64,000 bases of DNA from Podarcis erhardii (taxonomy: Eukaryota), in assembly GCA_964252035.1 (NCBI GenBank), contig OZ176204.1. One strand, given 5' to 3'. Of the stretch, positions 25,197-38,000 are shown piece by piece; positions within the stretch are counted from its first letter, which is position 1, and every line of letters begins with the position of its first letter. The notes beneath the pieces are model-generated. The model saw nothing but the letters and a program-made list of their open reading frames with translations, was not told the origin of the DNA and did not search any database. The position numbers and the translations under genes were made by a program.

Positions 25197-26467
25197 CTGT
25201 GGTTGTAAACAAATTGATAGCTGAACTTGTATCAAATCTTAGGATGCATGAGCATATGTACAACTCTGATTACAGTGACCTACAACATTATGATTACGAA
25301 ATACCTTTTATATTAAAAGTTGTTAAATGGAACAACATTTTTACAGATTGCTGTGTTTAGTAAAAAAGTATAAAGGATTGTGTGAAGTGGAAAATAAAGG
25401 GGTGTATATAGTTAAACTGTGTCTAGGGACCATTCCTTGGCAAAGGAAACTGGAGCAAATATCCCCAGTGCATAAGATACATGCTCCTCTACCCCGAGGA
25501 AGGCCCTATGCTTTCCTACTTCACCTCTCCCAGATATGAAGAAAGAGGGAGAAGCTGTGTGCCACATGCTAAATCAAGCCACAGAGGCAGAAGCAAGGCA
25601 GGCTTGTTAGTGTGTGTGCTCCAGTCCTTTGGGGTTCCTTTTACTGTCTCACAGCAGAGTTACCCAGAAAGTCTTCCTGTGTCTTCACAGCGGCAGCAGT
25701 CCAGCTCTCTATCGGTGAATGCCCGTGAAGGAATAAACACCTCACCCATTCAGTTCTTCTTCAAATATTTATTTATATTACAAGTTGCATAACTTTATAT
25801 CACTACTGGTCTACATAAAATAAAACAGAACAATATACAGAGATTTCAATTCTCTCTGCTCCCTGCAGCAATCCAGCTAGAGAGACAGGTTCAGGGACTC
25901 TTATAGACAAAGGCAGACACTGAATCTCTCTTCCCCCAGACATGCCTAGATAAAGACACCTGTTGCTGGGGAGAATTCTCGCTGCTAAGCAGAATTGGTT
26001 CAAGGACAAATCTGATTCAAAGATCGTTTCAGGTTTACCTTTGGACTACACCAACAAGTCAGGAGGACCACAACTAGTAACATGCTTGAAAAAAGGAGTA
26101 AGGGTCAGGGACCTCAGTAGGAGCTACCTTTTACTGATTGTGGCTTAATTTCCTTCTGCAATTTGCTATGCATAGAAAGCAGTTCAGCCAGATCCAACTG
26201 AAGCAGCATTCAAAGGCTTTTAGGTAAGTGAACCAGTAGCAATGAGGGCTTTTGCTATTTCACTGCTAGGTACAGTAAGCACTTTTCCCTTCCTGTATGG
26301 AAAGCCCATTGTATTGCGGCTCAGAGTATATGTTCAACATACAGACAGTCTCTCTAAAGGTCATTGCTGCTCTGTGCCTGGTAGCACAAAAGCACACAAA
26401 ACCCTAAAACTGGCATCTCTTAACTTTCTAATTTAATGTTAACTGTTTTACACATTGTCATATTTAC

Positions 26468-26634
26468 CAAATGCAGAGGTGGTGCTGGACCGGGAGTGAA
26501 AGGAACCCTGCCCCACATTTTCATGATGTCTCCAAGTGGCTGGAAGCTCTCATCACATGCTCTTTTCACCAACAGTGACATTGTGAAATACCCGGCCTGG
26601 AACCACTCTGTCATCTCTTGGTTACTGAATGGAC
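26468..26634 (-). CDS. GIGYF2: GIGYF2 exon (in-window 11), second half of GYF domain
   Basis: (G)PFSNQEMTEWFQAGYFTMSLLVKRACDESFQPLGDIMKMWGRVPFTPGPAPPLHL contains the GPF-x4-M-x2-W-x3-GYF signature; 167 nt. Confidence 0.98.
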
Positions 26635-26859
26635 CTGCAAAATCATCAAGGGATGAAATCCATGAAGACAAGAGTGAAACCTCTACTGAGTGCTGCACCC
26701 AACAGTCACAGCCCATATAGAGCCTGGTATCTGGGGGACTGCTCTATGTATGTGCCATATGTGTCTTCATCTTACTTACAGAGCTAGACATTTTCTGATG
26801 CCACCCTAAGTACATAGGCAGTGTATTGTAATTTCCCTTAATATTCCAGTGAAATAAAA

Positions 26860-28333
26860 TAAACATAATACCAGACTAGTTTATATCTTAAGAGGAATTC
26901 CAATTTACATACCAAGCAAATACTTTCATAAAATTAAATCTTTGTTTAGAAAATGCCTTTGGGGCTCTTCAGTTACAAGAATATCTATGCAAAAAATGGA
27001 AATACCAATAAAAGGAGGAGTTGGGATCCCTGACTTAGAATTTTATCACCAAGCATATTTACTGTCAGGTATACAATTCTGGAGACCCATAACTAAAAAC
27101 AACTGTCCAAATTGGGCTTCTTTGGAATTCATATGTAGCACTTTTAGAAAGATGGGTAGCACTTGGGTCTAAATACATTAATACTCAAGATGCTATTGAA
27201 ACAATAAGATTAGTTCGAATGATATGGCACCACATGTCCAGAAAATATAAATTTGACCTTTTCTTCCACAACAAATGACTTTGTGGGGAAACCTGTCTTT
27301 AAAAATTGGGAAAGAAATAGTTGTATGGAAGAGGTGGATGAATTTGGGTATATTAACGTTCGAACAGCTGATAAACGAAGAGGATGAATTTTATACATAT
27401 TCTGTCTTAAGAGACAAATACAGATTACCTACAAATGCTCAGTGGCAATATCTCCAGATAAAAAACTTGGTAACCACCATCTACGGACCAGCAGCTTTTA
27501 CAGCCAGAGAGACCCCAGAGATATTGAAGCAAGTGATTAATTCTTACACAACAAAAAACCCGGCCATCAACATATATAAATATATGTCACTAGCAAACCA
27601 ATTTGATATGCAGGTACTGAGGGAGAAATGGAAAAAAGAATTAGAGATCTCAACTTCGACCCCAGAGTGGGAATCTGTGTTAAGTGCTATAACAAGGGTG
27701 TCTCTGGACCTTAAACTGAGGCTCAAAAAACAAAAAATAATATTTAGAATATACTGGACCCCATTACGTTTGTTTAAAAAAGGGCTATCTAAGGTATCTA
27801 ACTGTTGGAGATGCAACAGGGATAATGCTTCTCTAAAACATGTTTTTTCATTGTCCTATACTGAAAGATTTTTGACAGAAGGTAACTGAACTATATGGAA
27901 CAATCTTACATTTACAGAGCAAAATATCCCTTTGAATTATATACCCAGCACACAGAACCTTACAAAGGGACAATATGAGTGGATTCTCCATGCCCTTACC
28001 ACAGCAAAAAGACTAAGACTGATGAATGAGAAAAATAGAAATGCGGCTCCCTTCTATGATTGGATGGAAGACTTATACAAACTCGCAACATATGAACAAC
28101 TTGCATATAAACGCAGACTTGCCATGGACAGATTCAATGATATTTGGAATCCATTCTTACAAACACTGTAATAGGTTAATATCTGATGGAGTGCAATAAC
28201 AACTTTGTAAAGTATACAGTATCCATGGATTTCCCTCCCTCCCCCCCTTTACTTTGCCTTCTACATGGGTGGTGTTTCTTTTTCTTTTATTTATGTCTCA
28301 CCCTTTTTAGTGCACATTTAACTAAAAAACAAC
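26860..28333 (+). mobile_element. 5'-truncated, frameshifted L1-clade LINE with 17-bp TSD
   Basis: ORF2-like pieces KGGVGIPDLEFY, CWRCNRDNASLKH and DWMEDL...RFNDIWNPF. Direct repeat ATTCCAGTGAAATAAAA at 26843-26859 and 28334-28350. Confidence 0.9.
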
Positions 28334-28378
28334 ATTCCAGTGAAATAAAAATAAAAAGCGGTAAGGATGAAAGCTTAC

Positions 28379-28538
28379 CCTGAATTTCTCCCTGTGGATC
28401 TTTGTAGAACCACTTTTGCATGGCCTCATGGAGTAATGGTACTGAAGTACCCTTTACTCTCTGCTCCTGAAGTTTGGCTGCTAGCCTTTCATCATCCAGG
28501 GCACTGTCCTGCAAATATGCCACCATTTTTTCTGCTTG
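28379..28538 (-). CDS. GIGYF2: GIGYF2 exon (in-window 10), first half of GYF domain
   Basis: QAEKMVAYLQDSALDDERLAAKLQEQRVKGTSVPLLHEAMQKWFYKDPQGEIQ(G), 160 nt. Confidence 0.98.
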
Positions 28539-29694
28539 CTGCAGCAAGAGGAGGGGAGAACACATTAAGAACGACTGAGGTTACTACTGCCAGGTTACAC
28601 ACCGTCAGTGGAATAAGGTGAAATTCAGCAGAAAGCCTTATGAATAATACCATCATGGTTGGTGGACTCAGACACAAAGGAATGAAAAAGTAAGTTTAAA
28701 TAATTATGCAAAAAGATAATAAAGCTTGGCAGAACTGCTTGCCGGGAAGCAAGTCTTATTATCTGGTAAGCAGCAAGGATGGTCAGCTTCCAGAAACAGC
28801 TGAGGATATTTTCATTCCAACAGACTTTCCCAGATTGATAAATGAGTCTTTATCACAAGTGTCTGCTTGTTGGGTTTTTAGTCTTGTTTGAAATGTCTCT
28901 GTTGCTTTTGTGTTTAACTGCTTTTCATTATTTTACGTGTAAATCACCTTGAGATGGTGGTTAATAGATTAATTGTAATAATTGTAATGATGATGTCTGT
29001 ATACATCGTGGTTGGAATTTTACAAGAAATTATTGGTCTTTAGAAATTCAAGTTTCTTGCAACATGTTTAAGCAACATTCAAACTACTGGAAAACGAAGA
29101 ATTGTTTCTGGAGTCATTTTCAGAATCTATGTTCAGAGTCTTTTTCAGTCTGCATTTTCACTCATTTTTTATTTGCCATTTTTACACTGAGGGGCTCCTA
29201 TATAAAATCAGCAGACAGGGAAGGGCTCTGAAGATGATCATCTGTACATATCAATGCCTTACCCTTAAAACATATGTGACTGACATGCAAAAGGATTGGC
29301 CCTCTGTTCATGTGTATTTTGAAGGGGGGAATACAGTGTGTGTATATTTTGTACTTGAGTATCAGCAGCATGAGGTGACTCTCATATTCTCTACTGCGTA
29401 CACGCATTCTGTCACAATGCTCATGAATGAAGTCAGGTGATTATCTATTTATATTAATGTCAGAGTGTGTGTGTCCATTTTTCAACTTGATTCACTTAGT
29501 ACTCACAAAGTTAACCTACTGGAGTTGCATACCACACAAATATACAAGATAGATTCAACTTAATTTTAGAAAACAGGAATTCCCCTTCTTTAATTAACAA
29601 AAATATTAATTTTCCATTTTTGTTTGAGAAGGAGATAGCAGGAACATACAGGGTGAAGCTGTTTTAATGGAAATTAAGTTGATTATCTGAAGTA

Positions 29695-30030
29695 CAGTGG
29701 TGCCTCGCAAGACGAAAAGAATCCGTTCCGCGATTCTCTTCGTCTAGCGGTTTTTTCGTCTTGCGAAGCAAGCCCATTGACGGCTTTGCGGATTAGCGCT
29801 ATTAGCAGCTTAGCGGCTTTTAGCGGCTTATCGGATCAGCTGATAAGCGGCTTAGCGGCTTAGAAAAGGGGGGGGGAGGAAAAAAACCCCGCAGGAACTC
29901 GCAAGACATTTTCGTCTTGCGAAGCAAGCCCATAGGGAAATTCGTTTTGCGAAGCACCTCCAAAATGGAAAACCCTTTCATCTAGCGGGTTTTCCATCTT
30001 GCGAGGCGTTCGTCTTGCGGGGCACCACTG
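29695..30030. mobile_element. Tc1/mariner-pogo MITE, family B (CpG-rich, probably young)
   Basis: TA flanks; TIR CAGTGGTGCCTCGCAAGACGAA / TTCGTCTTGCGGGGCACCACTG; internal TTCGTCTTGCGAAGCAAGCCCA and TTAGCGGCT repeats. Confidence 0.92.
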
Positions 30031-30466
30031 TATTGTCAAACTGCAAAATATGTGTTATTTTTGCCCATTAATACATCAATATAATTTTGCCCATTTTCAT
30101 GATCAGTTGCAGGAAAACATTGTAAAAGCAATTAGTTGTGAGTCCTGCCCAAAACTAGTTTTCATCTGCAGTTGCCAACTGTTGGTCTATGTGAGGGGTG
30201 TGCTAGTCTATAGTTGACTAGGTACATTAGCTCTAGGTTGCATCTTGAACTCCTGTCTCCACCTTGGGTGCATAAGCACTGCTGACTTGTAAAGGCTATT
30301 GCTATGATATTCTCAGCAACCGGTCTAAATCCCAAAGCTTTCACCCACAATCACCTGAATCAGGTAGCTGCATTTACAAGGTAAGTTTACAAAATAATGT
30401 TTTCTTTCAGCCTTTGAAGCACAACAACAAAAAACAAACAAACCAGAATTCACAAAGATGCTCTAC

Positions 30467-30657
30467 CTGTTCTAAATGTTTGAGGCCCTCTTCGTCATCA
30501 GGGTCAGCAGGAATATTACCCATCCCTGGAGCAGCTGTGACTGATGTCTGAACAGGCCTTAAGGCAGGAATTGGATTTGACTCTGGAGGAGGAAGATGAA
30601 CAAGGGAAGCTGCATCTGGAGAAATCTGTGGTAAAGGCTGGACAGCAGAAATTGGAT
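30467..30657 (-). CDS. GIGYF2: GIGYF2 exon (in-window 9)
   Basis: (D)PISAVQPLPQISPDAASLVHLPPPESNPIPALRPVQTSVTAAPGMGNIPADPDDEEGLKHLEQ, 191 nt. Confidence 0.94.
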
Positions 30658-30895
30658 CTGGGGGTGGGGAAGAATGGACATTAAATTCCTTTAAAGGCCC
30701 TTCTTTCTATCAGAACTGTTATTATGTGATAAAATGTATAATCAGACAATAAGCAAGATGGCATGCTTTCAACAATGCTTAAACAATGTATGAATGATCA
30801 GTTCATCCTTTCCACCTTGCTTTGTCACTACAGTCTTTTATTTATTTATTTGCATACTTTACATATACATTATGCCAAACCTGAAATATGATTAC

Positions 30896-31093
30896 CTTCT
30901 CTGTTGGGCACTTTGGCTGATGGGATATCCTCCATTTGGTTTTCTTTATCTTCTCTTTTTTCTATTACTTCTGGAACACATTCTTCCCTTCTTTCAAGCA
31001 AGCTTGTAGGTAATGGCTCCTGTGACTGGGATTTTGGTGGAGTACCTGACCTGGTGGATGGTGAAGATTCTTTGACTGTTTCTTCTGTAACTT
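30896..31093 (-). CDS. GIGYF2: GIGYF2 exon (in-window 8)
   Basis: (E)VTEETVKESSPSTRSGTPPKSQSQEP...MEDIPSAKVPNRE, 198 nt. The acceptor was chosen as the only nearby AG that keeps frame. Confidence 0.88.
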
Positions 31094-31175
31094 CTGAAAT
31101 GATTGGTAACTTTATTTAACTGAGCTGGAAGGCGGAAGCAAAATTTAAAGGATAGACTTGAGAAATCCTTCTTAC

Positions 31176-31341
31176 CTGCTACTGCTGTATGCTCCGTCTT
31201 AACACTTTCCCTTCCATGTGTCTTATCTACTTCTTTGGCTTCTTCATTGTGACTTCCTTCTGAATCAGACCTGTCTTCCCCTTCCTCTACAGGACGGAAA
31301 TCCATTTCCTGTTCCTCAGGAATTGGTTCCTTTTGAACCTT
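31176..31341 (-). CDS. GIGYF2: GIGYF2 exon (in-window 7)
   Basis: KVQKEPIPEEQEMDFRPVEEGEDRSDSEGSHNEEAKEVDKTHGRESVKTEHTAVA, 166 nt. Confidence 0.96.
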
Positions 31342-31434
31342 CTAAGGAAAACACACATGCAAACAACAAACTTTATACTACTGGTTATAAATAATACCAT
31401 TAATATTATGACAAGTTCACAGAAAGTTTCTCAC

Positions 31435-31652
31435 TTTTAAGGAGAGGAATGCCCCAGATGAGTCAAAAGTCCCCATTTCTTCTTCTGCATCTTCTAAGCA
31501 CCATTCAGGAAGGCTATCCCTATCATCATCCATACTGCCACTGCCACATCGCACTCTTCGATAACCCCGCTCATCATCCCGGTCTCGGAAGTCAAATTCA
31601 AACCTTCGCCGTCGCTCCATCTGTTCTCTCCAGCCTGCAGAACGAGGGCCGT
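31435..31652 (-). CDS. GIGYF2: GIGYF2 exon (in-window 6), includes DDX6/Me31B-binding motif
   Basis: (D)GPRSAGWREQMERRRRFEFDFRDRDDERGY...LPEWCLEDAEEEMGTFDSSGAFLSLK, 218 nt. Confidence 0.97.
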
Positions 31653-33983
31653 CTAAGGGGGCGGGAAAGTAACTTTACAAAAGAGTCCCATAGGGCAAGA
31701 ACTTGTTTGGAAGGAGAAAGGGATAGAGGAAAAGAGGATAGGGAAAAGAGAGGACAAAGTGACAGCACTTCAGAACGCCACTACAGCTTACGGTCCACCT
31801 TGAAACACGCATTTTATAAATATATCATCACTATTTCCCCTTTAAACCACTGTCTCTTTGAGTTATATTATTAATGTAAAGGACTGTACAACCCAACTCC
31901 ATGCAAGTGGGCTTAAAAGAACAAAAACAATTTAACTATGAGTTAAGCCCAGGGCAGCCTCACAATCTTTCTGAATAGCAGCCTCACAATCTGTTCAGCC
32001 ACAGGGGGGCAGCCTTTGCTAGTAAGACCATTCTATGCGGTTCTATGAATCCAGACAAGTACCACTTTATGGGGATTACTATATTTTTATGCTTCTCTTT
32101 GAGGTCACAGGCAGCATCTATTCTACTAACTCCATCAGTCCTAAAGCATCTTCAAAACTGCTTGCCTTCACCCTCTGTCTGCTAGCTGACAATCCTCCTT
32201 TCTGGAGTTTGGAGTGTAGTTTGTAATCTGTGGTAATTAATTCTATTTATTTAATCTGCCCTTGTTTTGTATGTCACTATGGTGAAGTGGCCTGCTAGCA
32301 CTATAATTCTGGGAAAGGATTTGTAGCCAACAAGCTTGTTTCTAAGGGCTGTGCAACTGTGCCCAAGCCTGCATGAGAATGAGGCAGGCAGGCACCAGCA
32401 GGTGTTGATGCACCTTTCTACAACCTGGGAGAGGTGAAGAATTTCCAAGCAAGTTGGTGTGAGCGATACTGGGGCTTGAAACGTGGTGATCTTCAAATGT
32501 GGCTTGGCATAAGCCACTTATTTTGGCTAACTTGGTTATACTAGATACAGGATACTATTTGTCATCCTGATAGAAATGGCTATTGCAATCAAAAGTCTTG
32601 GATGTAGCTGATAGAGCATCAAGCCTGCAGAGCAAAAGGAAAGGAGTAGGGTTGCTCTATTACCTCTGCTGAGAGGCCAGCTGCCTTTGACTCTCCCTCC
32701 GCTGTCATCTAACCACAGCCATTCTATCAGGCTAACTGTACTGTTTCCATCCCAACAATAATTAAAAGAACTGTAACCTTTAAGAACTGGTGCCTGAGAT
32801 TGCTTTCTTCTCTTCCTCTCTGTATTCCTTTTTCCTTGTGTGTCATGCCTTTCAGATGGCAAATCTGAGGGCAGGGACTGTTTTACCTACTTTGTAAGCC
32901 TCTCTGGGGGTCTTTTGGGTTGCACAGCAGATTAACAGCTGTTAATTAATTAATTAAAGCCTCCCTCTGTCTGTACACACAGAGAAAGAGTAATACTTTG
33001 ACCAACCAGTAAGGAACTGAGGGTTGTAGCCCAATACTGTTTTGTGTGACTTCACTTTCCTCTCCTCACTTATCCCAACAGTCCTCCGTATGCTCTCCAA
33101 AATCAGGAGTTTGGGAAGTCTCTTGAGATAGGGAGGCCTCTCAAGCAGATTATTATTTTTTTTGGGGGGGGGAGAGAAATATAAAGTCCTGTTGTATGTG
33201 GAAGTCTGTTCATGCAATAATGGATTCCACCTGAGACTACTGCAACGCCCACCTCTTTGATCGAGAATATTCCATTACACAAATGACAATGAGTAAGTGT
33301 TATCCTAAAACAGCTATATCTAAATTAAAGACCAACTACAGAAAAACCCTCAGTATTCTACACAATGCGGCGTTTCTCTACACTTCCTTTAAAGTAGCAG
33401 AAATTACCCAATGATATTTCAGCCTCGGGACTTCTGTCAAAAGACAGATGGACTTATTGAGAACAAAATTTTTATTAGCTTGTTGTTCTTCATATGCTAA
33501 ACAAGAAAATACTAAATGAACTGCAAGTACTTGTCCCTAAGTAAAATCTTCACATCTGATCATGTGGTGCTGGTTCAGCTGTTTCAATACTGTCAAAGTT
33601 AGACACACTGCTGCTTTATTGTGCATTTATCAGTTATGTCTGACGTCAGGAAGACACACAATGCTGTATTCTCCATGACAAACAGTTTTTCCACTTCTAT
33701 ACAAGTAGCTGGAAGCATATGACAGATCTTCAGCCTCATGATTCAGAGTGATCACTAAAGGAAGCTACGTTTGGTGGAAAAGAAATCAGAGCAGGTAAGA
33801 AGAGCTGCTTTTTTCTAGACGTTCTGGAAATAGTGGGTTAAACAAAACAAGCCATTTAAAAAACTAAAAACGATTTTGCCATCATAGCCTTTCAAATATT
33901 GTTTTAGGAAGTTTTCCTTCCAGACATTGTTGGCTTGCTGCCTCTGACCAGACTGTGCTGCACTTTTCCATATTTCCTCTCAC

Positions 33984-34163
33984 CTGGACTATGAGGGCGC
34001 CATCTCTCACCATCCCTTCGCGAACCAGCCAGCCGCCAACCTCCATCATCATCTTCACCATTTTGCTCTTCCCTGAAGATGCGCCAGTTCTCGCTCTCAG
34101 AGCGTATAAATTCATGCTTCCTTCCTGCTGCTACGGTTCCAGCATCCTCAAAGTTTGGTCTCA
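33984..34163 (-). CDS. GIGYF2: GIGYF2 exon (in-window 5)
   Basis: (V)RPNFEDAGTVAAGRKHEFIRSESENWRIFREEQNGEDDDGGWRLAGSRRDGERWRPHSP, 180 nt. Confidence 0.97.
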
Positions 34164-35049
34164 CTGCAAGCAAATAAATATGCAAGTATGTAACAGGCAT
34201 TGTGAAGGGCACCTGGAATAGAAGTCAGACCTTATGCAATTTAAGTCATAAGATGCTCAGGTGAAAGAAAACAAGAACAAATATATATTGCTTTACTTTT
34301 CTTATAATGATAAATGCTTTTCTTTAAGCTCTTCTTACAGTTTTTGTGGGCTAAAAAACAAATGAAGGATTTCAGACTTCAAAAAGGAGATTTACAAAAC
34401 AGCTGTAACCATTTAAGAAAGTCAAAAGTTCAATTTGCAACAAGCGATGGAAGAGCATCTGCAAAGTTTGCATAAACAGTTAGATGCCACCTGATGTTCA
34501 ATGAGAGATTGCTTTACCATAGTTCAGAGGTATCAAGGCACTATTCCTGGTCACATCAAAGTTTACAATGGCACAAGAATTCTGTTGTTGTTTGTATGGG
34601 AGGTGTTCTTAAGCACTGCATAATCCAACTCAGTAAAAATGTTCTATTTATCATCTTTAAAATGTAATTCAACATGGTCTTCTATTTACCCTAGAATAGT
34701 TAAAACCTACAAGCAGAATCTCTAAAATTTACATTTGGGTCAACAGCAATAAAACAATAATGACCAGTGCCAGACAACTAGCATTAAAACCTTCATAGTC
34801 ATTAATTTCAAATAACAGAGAATTAAAATAACTGTTTCATCCAAAAAAACAATTGTCATAATGATGCTTAAAAAAATGATTGTCATTTGTGAGCAAACTA
34901 GGATAATTTTACATTCTATTCCATCACGTCCTTCCTAAAAAGTACAACTGATATTCACCCAAAGGGTAGATTTTGACTGCCAGCATGGGGGTCATAGGGG
35001 TGGGCTTTGGCCCCTCTCCTGATGACAAAGGAAGGAGGAAAAACCCTTT

Positions 35050-38000
35050 GGGACGTAGATAGCTCCCAATCAGTTTGTGAACTCACCAAGCTTGAACAAT
35101 CATCAGAGTCTTGTAAGGAAACCAACACAAAGGTGCCCATGTTCCCAAAGTAAACAAGGTGGCTAAAATGCCGTCAGGTAGAAGATATTGCGTCCCACAA
35201 TGTGGAAAGCCTGTTGTAGGGTGCTGCGGCCAAAGGCAGTTTCAATGGAGACACAAATTCCCATCTTGTAATGCATCATGAATGCACTGGGAGACACCCA
35301 TGTGGCTGTCTTACAAATGTTCACTAGGGGGACTCAACCCTGGTAGAGTGGGCAGTCAAATTTGTAGGGTGAGATACAATTCACCAAGTTGTAGGCTATA
35401 GAGGTCCTACCTAGATAAGGTGGAAGGGTTAACCTTTTTGCCCAGTGAGTTAGGGTGGAAGGAAATGAACAGGGTTTCTGATTGTCTGATCTCTTCAGTC
35501 CTGGTAATATATGCTTTAAGAGCTCATTGGACATCAAATGAGTGCCATGTCCTCTCTAATAGGTGAGAGGGGTTGGGGCAGAAGGTGGAAAGGATCAAGT
35601 TCCTGCTGAATATGGAAGTTGGAAAGTACCTTGGGGAGAAAGGAGGGGTTCTTTCTAAGAATCACTTTGCGCTTGTGGAAGATACAGCTATAGACAGGGT
35701 GACCAATTCAGAGACCCATCAAGCCAAAGTTATTGCTATTAGAAATACAGTGTTACCTCAGGTTAAGAACTTAATTCGTTCTGGAGGTCCGTTCTTAACC
35801 TGAAACCGTTCTTAACCTGAGGTACCACTTTAGCTAATGGGGCCTGCCGCTGCCGCGCAATTTCTGTTCTCATCCTGAAGTAACGTTCTTAACCCAAGGT
35901 ACTATTTCTGGGTTAGTGGAGTCTGTAACCTGAAGCGTCTGTAGCCCGAGGTTCCACTGTAAGACCACTGTAAGACTTTGAGAAGTACTTCCTTCAGGGG
36001 CTCAAATGGAAGTTTCTGAAGGGTGGACAGCACTTTGTGAAGGTCCCAGGAAGGGAAGTGGTGGGCATCTGGGGAACACTGTAGGATTGTTCCTTGTGGG
36101 AAGCATTTCATTAGGGGGTGAGAGCTGGAAGAGGTGGTGTGTTTGAGGAAGAAACAGCTCCCGCCTGATGTTTCATCAGAGTGTTGTGTTTTAGACTTTT
36201 GCTGAGGCCATTTTGGAGGAATGCAAGAAGATCCAGTACTGTTGCTTTGCATTGCTTCAGGAAGATCTTCCATGTGGCTTTATATATTCTTAGAGTGGCT
36301 GGATAAGCAAGAAAGTAAGATGATGGAAAATACTGTGCTGGAAAACCAGAGATTCCAGCCTATCCGAATATGTGTTCCAATGTGAGGGTGAGGAGGTGGT
36401 GTTTCGGTGACTTCATGAGGTGGAACATTTCAACTTGGAGATCCCAGGATTTGGTGATCCCCTGCTTGTTGAGGTAGGATTTCAAGTTGGAGTTGCCCAT
36501 GCGTAGGGGCACGTTTGATGTGTAGGTGTGGAGAAAAGTGCACCAGAGCCAGGTGGGCTGCCCCAGCCGGGTGTTCAGCTTCCTCTGGAGACTTTTGGGC
36601 ATGGATTATCTGTCCCTCACAGTGAGACCCGAAATGTAGAGGCTGACATCTGTGGTGACCACTATGAGGTGAGGGTCATGAAAAGATGTGCCTTCTGCAA
36701 GTTTCTGCTAGATGCCCACTTCATCACTACCCACACTTTTGGTGGCATTTTGATGTGGTGATGTAGAATGTGTGTGATGGCCCACTGGTGGAGTACAAGA
36801 AACTACTGCAGAATTCTTGCATGCAATTAGAGAGGGTGCTTTGGAGCCAGACAGTCGATAGCCCTGCTTAACTCTGCATTCCAGTGGAGAAGCCATTAAC
36901 ATGGGATAAGATGTCTCTACCACTCTCTGGAAGCTATTTGGATCCAGTAAGTGGTGGTGGCAGATCATTCAAATTGGTCCTACAGCCCTGCAGAGGGGAA
37001 GGGTCACAGAGAAGTCCAGTTGCATCAGGAAGTGATCTGGCCATGGCATTACAGATAATATTAAGTATATGTCATAGAATAATTCCTCGCAGGGGGACTG
37101 GTTCGATAGCTGACATGTTGAGACAATGCTGTACACAATTATATATCACCTGTTACTTGACTGGATTGTTGGAGGATCAGGGATGGGAGGAACCGGTTTA
37201 GGGGTGCCAGACGTTCTATCATGTATCCATGTGATATAGTATTGAGAATCCAGTGGTCTGTAGTAATCTGACACCAAGAGTTGAAGAAGGCTTGTAGATG
37301 ATCCCTGACTGGGGCAGAGTAGCATCATTGGTTCTGCTGGTGGTTGTTTCTGTAGGTGTTGGAGGGAGATATCTTGTGTTCTGCTGCCTGGGTGGGTATC
37401 ACTGCTGTTCCAGGAGGACTTCTGTCTGTAGTTTCTTCCTTGCCCTGGGGAAAGGTAGTTCTGAAAGGACTGGTTGGAAGATTGGTTGTCACCAATATCT
37501 ATGGGTCACCAGTACCTTCCGCTTATCTTTAGTTTGATCAGGATATCCTTGAGGGCATCCTCTCCAGACAGCATAAAATTGGCCCAGTCAGCAACGTTGG
37601 GCTGGAATGCCACGACCCACAAATATCAGGTGGCGTGAAGTTGAAAATTAATCAGGTGCTCAATGGCTTTATTAATGTCCCTGTCTGAGAAAAGAGCAGT
37701 CAGAAGGAACGATGATAGTAAAGTAGAGACAAATTTCTCGGGATTTTGTATTTCTGAAAAGGTACAGAAAGCCATAAAAAGGAGGGCAGGAAAGGGTGTG
37801 AGGCAGCCGATTAAAGGAAGGGGGGTTGTTTTCTAAGAAAATGGTGATAAAAGGTAAAAGAAGAAAAATAACAGCCTGGTAGAAGTAAAGAAAATGGGGG
37901 CACTAGTAAAAGTGACTGTCCCAAAGAGTTTTTTCCTCCTGTTTTCATTATCAGTGGAGGAGCCTAAGCCCAACCCAATGACCCCACAATGCCAGGAGGA

